From: a virus
Strand: one strand, 5' to 3'
IMG/VR virus record: IMGVR_UViG_3300034073_000472
DNA: 30,968 nt
The position numbers and the translations under genes are program-made. The notes below the pieces were generated by a model. The model searched no databases and was not told where the DNA came from. It saw only the letters and a list, made by a program, of their open reading frames with translations. Of this stretch, positions 24,331 to 30,558 are shown in pieces; position 1 is the first letter of the stretch, and every line of letters starts with the position of its first letter.

Positions 24331-24718
24331 TACGTTCGGATGTTGCTATCGTTTTGATCTGCCTGTACTTCTCCTGATAGATCTCATCGCTATGGCAGAG
24401 GCAAATGGCTTCCGTTTCCGCACAAACCACCACGTACCAGAACTTCCCGAACTTGCGCTTGCGTCCTAAAAAACTAACCGAGCCAAAGGGAAACGTATCG
24501 GCACTTGTAAACGGGTATCCGTGTTTTACCTCTACCTCGAAGCTGATGATGTTCTTCCCATGGGTAACCTGTATGTCAACCCCGTAATCCTCTCCTTCCT
24601 TCTGGATTACCTTGAATTTATCCTTGTATGTTGATAGCCAACGAAGCACGATGCTCTTGCCCCATTCATCATTGCGATCATAGGACTCCTGCACGAACTT
24701 CCTTGCACTATACTTCAT
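24257..24718 (-). CDS. Putative PD-(D/E)XK-fold nuclease (153 aa)
   Basis: EGEDYGVDIQVTHGKNIISFEVEVKHGY fits the D-x(n)-E-x-K restriction-endonuclease-like core. Confidence 0.5.
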   Translation of the reverse strand: MKYSARKFVQESYDRNDEWGKSIVLRWLSTYKDKFKVIQKEGEDYGVDIQVTHGKNIISFEVEVKHGYPFTSADTFPFGSVSFLGRKRKFGKFWYVVVCAETEAICLCHSDEIYQEKYRQIKTIATSERNGLDEFYRVPKEKCSFYADTKTKK

Positions 24719-25121
24719 AAGCGTTGTAAAGGGTTTCCAATTCCTGAAGACGGCCTCTCAAACAAGACCCGCAGTTCGTTCCCTGAACATTGTCCCGGAA
24801 TACCCGATTGTAGATCTTATTCAGTTCCACCTGTTCAAAAGCAGTAACTACATTCCGTCCCTTCATCTTTCCGATAAACTCGTACTCCGGTTGTGTTAAG
24901 CACTCCGGCTTCCGGTATCTCCAGATCTGGTTTAGCTTCTCCTTTCGGGCATCGCATCCGCAATCCACGCCTGTTGCTTCGCTGAACCAGTCAACCGCAG
25001 CTTTGATTCCTGTGGCGGTAGTAATTTTCTCGATCGTGTCTCCCAGCCCCTCACTCTTCTTTGGCTTCCTTCCACGCTTCGTAGGCATCTCTGCACTCAT
25101 CTTTGATTCGTTCTCTTGCAT
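24708..25121 (-). CDS. Cys-rich hypothetical protein (137 aa, start uncertain)
   Basis: The basic N-terminus (KRGRKPKK) is followed by GLGDTIEKITTATGIKAAVDWF...CGCDARKEKLN and later CGSC. The GLGDT...TGIK...CGC pattern recurs in phage proteins of unknown function. The track start overlaps the sigma gene by 71 nt; alternative ATGs are at 25100 and 25088. Confidence 0.5.
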   Translation of the reverse strand: MQENESKMSAEMPTKRGRKPKKSEGLGDTIEKITTATGIKAAVDWFSEATGVDCGCDARKEKLNQIWRYRKPECLTQPEYEFIGKMKGRNVVTAFEQVELNKIYNRVFRDNVQGTNCGSCLRGRLQELETLYNAYEV

Positions 25122-25587
25122 TTTTTAAAGTGTTGAAAATTGAACGTGCTGATATTTTAGTTTCTCCGGCCAACGTCCGGATGCTCATGTCCGTATTGTG
25201 ATACAGGGCAAAGATCTTTTTGTCATACCAATGCCAGTCATCCGTGGTCTCCCAGATCTCTTCGTATAACTGCATCATGTTCACCTCGGCCTCTTCGTTG
25301 ACCTCTTCGAAGATCAATTGGTCCTCCAGAGTAGATACGTCCACAAACTCAAAGCGGCTCTTAGCCTTCATTAGTGAGTTGTACATATTCCTCAAACTGA
25401 CGTAGACAAAGAACGTGTTTACCTCTGTCTCCGAGTACATGATCTTCTGTGGGTCATCCACATATTTGTGCAACCTCACGTACATCTCCTGCACTAAATC
25501 CTCCGCAAGTTCTTGGCTTGCGCCAAAACTTTTTGCCATCCGGATCCAGTCCGTATGCCTATTTGCGAGGATTGTTAAGATTCCCAA
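25051..25587 (-). CDS. Phage-encoded sigma-70-family (ECF-like) sigma factor (178 aa from a TTG; possible ATG start at 25539)
   Basis: Region 2 is AEDLVQEMYVRLHKY ... FFVYVSLRNMYNSLMK. The region 4 HTH is FALYHNTDMSIRTLAGETKISARSIFNTLKNARERIK. The codon at 25587 is TTG, and there is no in-frame ATG upstream. Confidence 0.7.
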   Translation of the reverse strand: MGILTILANRHTDWIRMAKSFGASQELAEDLVQEMYVRLHKYVDDPQKIMYSETEVNTFFVYVSLRNMYNSLMKAKSRFEFVDVSTLEDQLIFEEVNEEAEVNMMQLYEEIWETTDDWHWYDKKIFALYHNTDMSIRTLAGETKISARSIFNTLKNARERIKDECRDAYEAWKEAKEE

Positions 25588-25713
25588 CTGATCTCCAGAA
25601 TAATAATAAAGAGAGCGATTTGCAGCTCATGCTCCGTGCAGTCCTCTTCGAGAATAGTGGTGGTGGCATAGTTAACTCCGAGCAGCAGACCATAGATAGG
25701 CCATAAAGTTACG

Positions 25714-26127
25714 TTAAAACTCATCGAATGTTGTTTTCAGTTTCAAGTATATTTCCTTGTACTGAATTAACTCGGTAATAATCTCGTTGAGTCTTTTTAT
25801 CTCATCCTGCAATCCGTGGATGTCATAAACCTCCATAGGGTCAAGGTCGGTCTTGTCCCTGACCATGCAGGCGATATTGTACATGTGCCGATAGTCATCA
25901 TGGTTCAGCCGATAGTTATGCTCTTTCAGGGCATAGGTCATCGTGCTATGGTCTCGGCACAGGATCTTACCCATCTCCTCCAGAGTGGCATAAGGCCTGA
26001 AGGCATTGAGGAAAGCAGAACGAGCAAGAGCTTGGTTTCTGCTCCTATCATCTTTCTCCTTCATGCCCAGAGTTGCGTAGTACAGATTCTTGGCTTGTTT
26101 GATTCTTTGAACTTCAAATGCTCTCAT
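25714..26127 (-). CDS. DnaA domain IV-like HTH DNA-binding protein (137 aa)
   Basis: ATLEEMGKILCRDHSTMTYALKEH resembles the DnaA C-terminal motif (IG..fg.RDHtTV.ha). Confidence 0.5.
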   Translation of the reverse strand: MRAFEVQRIKQAKNLYYATLGMKEKDDRSRNQALARSAFLNAFRPYATLEEMGKILCRDHSTMTYALKEHNYRLNHDDYRHMYNIACMVRDKTDLDPMEVYDIHGLQDEIKRLNEIITELIQYKEIYLKLKTTFDEF

Positions 26128-26363
26128 TGCTTGTTGTAGGTTTCGTTGTAGTATTCTTCAATATCTTTTTCAGTCGTAACATAACCTTCAACGCTACAAA
26201 CGGCATCTATAATTATATTCCTTGCAAATTCAATCATCTGCTCCTTCTCTTTCTGAAGTAAAGATTCAATTTTCTTCTCAATGAGCATTGGTGTTTCTAA
26301 ATCCATTGGCAGGGTTGTTCTAACCCATTCCAACATTTCTTGCATTGCTGTTTTCATTTGCAT
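26124..26363 (-). CDS. Hypothetical protein (79 aa), paralog of 21468..21677
   Basis: It shares MKTAMQEM... and SLLQKEKEQMI. It has ATGA-type overlaps on both sides. Confidence 0.55.
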   Translation of the reverse strand: MQMKTAMQEMLEWVRTTLPMDLETPMLIEKKIESLLQKEKEQMIEFARNIIIDAVCSVEGYVTTEKDIEEYYNETYNKQ

Positions 26364-26584
26364 TTGCAGAGTTTTGCTCTGCCCTCATTTTTGGTTTCTA
26401 AAATTTTGGTAATTGGTAGTAGGTAGTGCTTGTGATCTGATAGTCTCTTGAACTTAAACCACGAACACCACTCCACAAGTTTGTCTTCCGAGTCTTGGAT
26501 GATCTGATAGTCCAAGCAGATGTAGTCAACTCCATCCACTTGAAAGCACTCGTACTTCTGGAATGGCGAGAATATCTGTTTCAC
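26354..26584 (-). CDS. Hypothetical protein (76 aa)
   Basis: ATG ORF, translationally coupled to both neighbours. Confidence 0.5.
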   Translation of the reverse strand: MKQIFSPFQKYECFQVDGVDYICLDYQIIQDSEDKLVEWCSWFKFKRLSDHKHYLLPITKILETKNEGRAKLCKCK

Positions 26585-26892
26585 AGGTTGTCCTCGATTA
26601 TTCCTTGCAGGCGTTTGACCTCCTGAATCATCTCTTCGTTCTCCACCCGGAGCTTGGCATTCTTTAACCGGACTTTGTTCACCACCATGTTCGTATACTC
26701 TCGATAGTCGATATACTGCTGCAAGAGCAGATCGGCATAGTGGCAGTTGTACATGTGGGCGAGCAGGTCATCCTGAATCTCTCGATTCTTGCTCTGTTCC
26801 GATGCCATCTTGGCGATCCAGATAGCCGTACCAGCAAGGAGCAATTGCTTCTCCCTGATATACATGTCATGCGACTCATCAAAATGGCTCAT
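26581..26892 (-). CDS. Hypothetical helical protein (103 aa, using the internal ATG at 26892)
   Basis: MSHFDESHDMYIREKQ... The longer track ORF (to 27039) would overlap the helicase gene by 160 nt in another frame. Confidence 0.5.
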   Translation of the reverse strand: MSHFDESHDMYIREKQLLLAGTAIWIAKMASEQSKNREIQDDLLAHMYNCHYADLLLQQYIDYREYTNMVVNKVRLKNAKLRVENEEMIQEVKRLQGIIEDNL

Positions 26893-27808
26893 TGGTATAG
26901 GTAATTGGTTCTGATTGCTGTAGCAAATTACGATTGTTGATCGAGAAACCAACATTCCCCACAATCGACCGCATGGTGATGGGCTGCTCCAGAGGAGTAA
27001 CACGGCCCCCTGTTTCCATCTCTTTGACCTTACGCACATGAATATGTGTGTAAACCCAATCCTCCGGATGTTGGGCGTACCGGTGTATAATTACTACGGC
27101 ATCAGCCCTGTTTCCCCACTTTCCGCCTCCTTCAATATCCGAGGTCATCGGGGGCATGGGCATCCCTGCGTACGGATGGTTCCCATGATGCACCTTCCGC
27201 ATCGCCTCAGTAACAGGGTGGGTGTTGACTATTGTGGTAACCTGATTCTTGTGGGCAAAGACCCGGATGGCACTTGCCACCTCGTAGTGGTATTCGTGCA
27301 TCCCTGTCTTTCCGAGTTTCTTCTGATCCGTGGTGAGTGAGTTATACGGATCAATCAATGCTCCCGTGTAGTCCCATTCCTGTTTGATGCTATCCATGGT
27401 CTCCAGAAGAGCGAAGGCATTAAATAGCCTGTTGCCGTCAATGAACTGAAAATGCTCATCGATCCAATCTAATTTGGTATGCATCTGGAGTTCCGTGATC
27501 GCTTGGATTGGCTTGCAGATCATAAACTCAATCAGCTTTCGCTTCAGGGATGCGACCTCGTTCTCTGATGAGTAGATCAGCCATTTCTTTCCGAAGTTTA
27601 TACTTTGTAGCAACATCAAGTAAACCAGCGTGTGGGTCTTCCCCACATTGGCATGCCCTGTTACGACTACAAACTCTCCGTCCTTGAACCGAAGGTATTG
27701 GTCGATCTCTTCGATCCCAAGTTTCCCGGTGTCAAAGTATTTTCCCTTTAATGCTCTTTGCAGGTAGGGTAGAGATTCCTCTCTTGGTAATAAGTCTGGG
27801 TGTTTCAT
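26879..27808 (-). CDS. DnaB-C/RecA-family replicative helicase-like ATPase (309 aa)
   Basis: Walker A is VVVTGHANVGKTHTL and Walker B-like is GALIDPYNSL. The size and layout match DnaB C-terminal-domain-only phage helicases. Confidence 0.7.
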   Translation of the reverse strand: MKHPDLLPREESLPYLQRALKGKYFDTGKLGIEEIDQYLRFKDGEFVVVTGHANVGKTHTLVYLMLLQSINFGKKWLIYSSENEVASLKRKLIEFMICKPIQAITELQMHTKLDWIDEHFQFIDGNRLFNAFALLETMDSIKQEWDYTGALIDPYNSLTTDQKKLGKTGMHEYHYEVASAIRVFAHKNQVTTIVNTHPVTEAMRKVHHGNHPYAGMPMPPMTSDIEGGGKWGNRADAVVIIHRYAQHPEDWVYTHIHVRKVKEMETGGRVTPLEQPITMRSIVGNVGFSINNRNLLQQSEPITYTNEPF

Positions 27809-27852
27809 TTATTTCTGATTGGTAGCACGAATATATACAGGCCTTCGGGAAT

Positions 27853-27876
27853 AAAAAAGCCCCACCGAAGTGGGGC
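27853..27876 (-). terminator. Rho-independent terminator after the SSB-like gene
   Basis: Minus-strand RNA GCCCCAC-UUCG-GUGGGGC (perfect 7 bp with a UUCG tetraloop) followed by UUUUUU. Confidence 0.8.
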
Positions 27877-27902
27877 CTTTACGCAACGTCCGAAGAAACC
27901 AA

Positions 27903-28334
27903 TCAGAACGGACTATCGTTGCGGTTTGCGAAATGGTCTACATGCGAAACCGGAGCCTCTGATTGGCCGAGCATCCACCGGTTAAACGCCTCTGCATTCT
28001 CCAGAATGGTAGGCACATCGTGTTTAGCAGCGCATGCATATTCGACTGCTGCTTTCAGAGCAACCTGACGGATGATGGAGGCGGAGCGGTCATCGCCTGC
28101 CGATTTCGAAGCGGTGGCAAAGCTGCCTCCAGAACCTCCACCAAATCCGTTAGGTCGTTGGATCTTGATTGTGCCCTTCTCATTCTTTGAGTACTCTACC
28201 TCATCTCCTACTCCGTAAGACGGGGTAGGTGATTTAGCAAATGCAGTACCAAAGTCTCCATTGTCAAAACGGATCTCTAACTTGTAGAACTCCTGCCATT
28301 GACCCTTCGGGGTGATTGAAATAATTTTAGCCAT
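27903..28334 (-). CDS. Putative single-stranded DNA-binding protein (atypical, 143 aa)
   Basis: Beta-rich N-terminal half, Gly-rich linker (NGFGGGSGGS), helical C-terminal half, and a C-terminal tip NRNDSPF that recalls the SSB D-(I/x)-PF tail. A very strong terminator follows, implying high expression. Confidence 0.4.
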   Translation of the reverse strand: MAKIISITPKGQWQEFYKLEIRFDNGDFGTAFAKSPTPSYGVGDEVEYSKNEKGTIKIQRPNGFGGGSGGSFATASKSAGDDRSASIIRQVALKAAVEYACAAKHDVPTILENAEAFNRWMLGQSEAPVSHVDHFANRNDSPF

Positions 28335-28353
28335 TGTTGATTGGTTTTAGAAA

Positions 28354-28500
28354 TTAAATAAAGAGAGAAGTATCTACGCTACGTTGCAGCACTTCGAGTT
28401 TAGCCTCCAGCTCCTGAACTCGCTCCTGAAGAGCTTTGATCTGGGCACCTTGAGCAATGATTGTTTGGGAATAAGTATCCTGTGATAGCGATAGTGTCAT
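28354..28500 (-). CDS. Small coiled-coil ORF (48 aa), below the track cutoff
   Basis: Hand translation from ATG 28500-28498: MTLSLSQDTYSQTIIAQGAQIKALQERVQELEAKLEVLQRSVDTSLFI, ending at TAA. It is preceded by a TAnnTTTG box and lies 19 nt upstream of the SSB-like start. Confidence 0.35.
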   Translation of the reverse strand: MTLSLSQDTYSQTIIAQGAQIKALQERVQELEAKLEVLQRSVDTSLFI

Positions 28501-28522
28501 GATGATTGGTTTTTTAACTCTT

Positions 28523-28530
28523 CAAAAATA
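28523..28530 (-). promoter_or_regulatory. Candidate Bacteroidota-type -7 promoter box (TATTTTTG on the minus strand)
   Basis: It matches TAnnTTTG, 23-30 nt upstream of the ATG at 28500, in the gap after rusA. Confidence 0.3.
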
Positions 28531-28541
28531 CTAAACCAGAT

Positions 28542-28913
28542 CTAAACCACCAAGCCCGTGAAGTAAATCTCTGCCGTATTCGGGTGAATCTCTGGATCAT
28601 GCTCCATCGTCAACTTGCGGACATACGCCCTCGAGTCATCCTTTACCCCTCCCCACTTCCGGAACGCATCAAGGGCAAACTTTACTGCCATGATCGAATT
28701 GTCAATGTCGTACTTGTAATTCACCTTGCACCGGATGTAGACGTGCTGAATGGGTACACAATCCAACTCTTGCAACTGCTGCAACACCTCATTGCAGTGC
28801 TTATTCTTTGCCGTACTCCGATACGTCCAATGCTTCGAAGCATAGAATTGGTTTAGACTCGGCACCTTACCCACCACCACATGGTAGGTCTTGGAGTTAG
28901 GGTGTGGGTACAT
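28542..28913 (-). CDS. rusA: RusA-family Holliday junction resolvase (123 aa)
   Basis: VPSLNQFYASKHW near the N-terminus and DIDNSIMAVKFALDAFRKWGGVKDDSRAYVRKL (the D.DN...K...D......DD signature). Confidence 0.8.
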   Translation of the reverse strand: MYPHPNSKTYHVVVGKVPSLNQFYASKHWTYRSTAKNKHCNEVLQQLQELDCVPIQHVYIRCKVNYKYDIDNSIMAVKFALDAFRKWGGVKDDSRAYVRKLTMEHDPEIHPNTAEIYFTGLVV

Positions 28914-29148
28914 ACACTACCTCCGGTTTGTTTGCCTCTTTCCGGACTTGATGCTCGTACTCTGCCTGAAGATGCACGATTGCCTTCATGATGTCCTGAC
29001 TCATCGGGTTGTTTGGCTTCTTGCCAGCTCGCATGATGTAGGTTAGTGCCGTTCCCAGATTGTAGTTTGATTCCTGAAAGTCAAGCACCACGTCCAGAGC
29101 CTCGATCTGTTTGTACTTCCCGAGGTAATACTTTGGGGTCTTTCTCAT
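28897..29148 (-). CDS. DUF3310-family protein (83 aa), first gene after the intergenic hub
   Basis: PKYYLGKYKQIEALDVV...NLGTALTYIMRAGKKPNNPMSQDIMKAIVHL fits the DUF3310 pattern (..KY..R.g.K....dl.KA..yl). Confidence 0.7.
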   Translation of the reverse strand: MRKTPKYYLGKYKQIEALDVVLDFQESNYNLGTALTYIMRAGKKPNNPMSQDIMKAIVHLQAEYEHQVRKEANKPEVVYVPTP

Positions 29149-29164
29149 TTTCTGATGGTTTGCT

Positions 29165-29172
29165 CAAAGGTA
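29165..29172 (-). promoter_or_regulatory. Candidate Bacteroidota-type -7 promoter box (TACCTTTG on the minus strand)
   Basis: It matches TAnnTTTG, 17-24 nt upstream of the ATG at 29148, at the edge of the 308-bp intergenic hub. Confidence 0.35.
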
Positions 29173-29218
29173 AATCATCCCAGTAAATGAAAAAGTAGTC
29201 GCTCATAGAAAGTTTTTT

Positions 29219-29399
29219 GTAAAATCTTTACACAGGTATTTGACTATGTAAAGTTTTTTTACTTTTTTATAAGTTAGTTAACTTAAGTAGTTAAGTAAGT
29301 CAACTTATAAGTTTAATTATTAAGTTAAGTAGTAAAGCTATAAGTTGACCAATTAGCAAAATCTTCGATTTGCGGGGCTTTTATATGCTCAACCATATA
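29219..29399. promoter_or_regulatory. AT-rich repeat/palindrome cluster: candidate origin and/or early-promoter operator region
   Basis: There are two GTAAA-N-TTTAC units (29219-29231, 29248-29262) and TATAAGTT three times (29268, 29306, 29339). TAAGTT/AACTTA occurs six times within about 80 bp, and TTAAGTAG twice. There is a palindrome AGTTAACT and an inverted repeat GTCAACTTATAAG (29299-29311) / CTATAAGTTGAC (29338-29349). TATATG-ctcaac-CATATA lies at 29382-29399. Confidence 0.4.
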
Positions 29400-29456
29400 C
29401 TCACCCCACTTTAGGCAGAAAGTATATGTAATCGAATATAAATGCCATCTACGGCC

Positions 29457-29882
29457 TTATTCCGTCAACTTGTCTACCCAGCGTTTGATCAGGTAGGCAA
29501 ATGTCAGGATGAAAGCCAACATGCCGATGTAGCTCTCAAGAGTCCACTTGTTGGTCTTTGGCTCCTGTTTTGTCAGGATCTTCGTTTGGGTTATCCGGAT
29601 GGTATCCGGCTCACAGACCGCCTCGACCACGACCTTGCGGTCTACGTACTGAAGTTGGACTCGTACCTTGTCCTGATAGATGGTCGTGTCCTTCATTACC
29701 TCCAGCGTGTCGATCAGGTACTTTGTTTCCGTTACAACGAGCGTGTCCCTGACAATCACAGAGTCGAGGATGGGTTTCGCAGTACTGCACGAATTAACTA
29801 CCGCAAGAGTCGCAAGTAGGATCATCCACATTGCAGACCTCTGGAGTCTCTTGTTTTTCCAATTCATTAAGCCAGTCATCAA
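29457..29882 (-). CDS. Putative unimolecular spanin (141 aa)
   Basis: N-terminal lipoprotein-type signal (MWMILLATLAVVNSC) plus a C-terminal TM helix (YIGMLAFILTFAYLIKRWV). It is immediately downstream of the endolysin, overlapping it by 4 nt. The architecture matches the T1 gp11-type u-spanin. Confidence 0.6.
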   Translation of the reverse strand: MMTGLMNWKNKRLQRSAMWMILLATLAVVNSCSTAKPILDSVIVRDTLVVTETKYLIDTLEVMKDTTIYQDKVRVQLQYVDRKVVVEAVCEPDTIRITQTKILTKQEPKTNKWTLESYIGMLAFILTFAYLIKRWVDKLTE

Positions 29883-30322
29883 AATTCAAGGTACTTGGTT
29901 CTGCCATTTCGTTTTACTGCTTTCAGTTTCTGCATTCGGTTCTTGCCCGCTACGTAACTAACATGAACCCATGCCGGGTGTTCCTCATCTCCAAATTCCC
30001 AGATGATCTGATCGTATTCCACATTCTCCACGATCCACCGGAACAATACCCCATTGCCTCCGTGAAACTTCAAATCTGCCGCTTGCGCTTGGACGTGCTG
30101 CGAGGTCTTGCTTCCGCCTACGGCTTTGTTTACCGCAGGTGAACGATACGCACTCGTGACTTTTATTGACCCTAAACTGTCACGAGCAGGTTGTAAGACG
30201 TTTTCTGCCAACGCACGAAGGTTGCCCTCCAGATGCTTCGGTAAAGCATTAGGAAGGCCTGTATTCGTTTTGGTCAGTTCAGCGAGCGTAAAGTTCTTGG
30301 TCATTGAATGAGTTTTTGTCAA
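29879..30322 (-). CDS. Endolysin, peptidase M15 (VanY / D-Ala-D-Ala carboxypeptidase-like, 147 aa)
   Basis: NFTLAELTKT...VTSAYRSPAVNKAVGGSKTSQHVQAQAADL...PAWVHVSY gives H..D...H zinc ligands in the usual M15 context. Alternative start at M7. Confidence 0.85.
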   Translation of the reverse strand: MTKTHSMTKNFTLAELTKTNTGLPNALPKHLEGNLRALAENVLQPARDSLGSIKVTSAYRSPAVNKAVGGSKTSQHVQAQAADLKFHGGNGVLFRWIVENVEYDQIIWEFGDEEHPAWVHVSYVAGKNRMQKLKAVKRNGRTKYLEF

Positions 30323-30558
30323 ATTTCATGCAAATATTGCGGATTGCGATCTGCGATATTACGGATCAAGTATTATGCGTAACGTGCATTATACTGCACA
30401 AAAGTGATACGATTTGTTCCTTTATTCGGACACAATCCGAATTAGCCTACAAAATTTAACGGCCCTGACCTGCGTAGGGCTTTTTGTAATTCTTGCTCCG
30501 CTTGTTGCTCGATGCGCTCTTGCTATGCTTTCTGCGCTTCTTGCTTTTGCTCACATGA

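Noticed and set aside
26893-27039. The N-terminal extension of the 152-aa ORF (26581..27039)
   Set aside because: It would overlap the helicase gene by 160 nt in another frame. The extension (MCVRSKRWKQGAVLLLWSSPSPCG...) looks like out-of-frame noise. The internal ATG at 26892 gives a normal 14-nt overlap.
30323-30558. A possible tRNA or other structured RNA gene in the holin-endolysin spacer
   Set aside because: The best hairpin, TTCGGA-CACAA-TCCGAA at 30425-30441, has a 5-nt loop and no GTTCRANYC-type T-loop. I could not build an acceptor stem or cloverleaf on either strand. No tRNA-like sequence was seen in any other gap.
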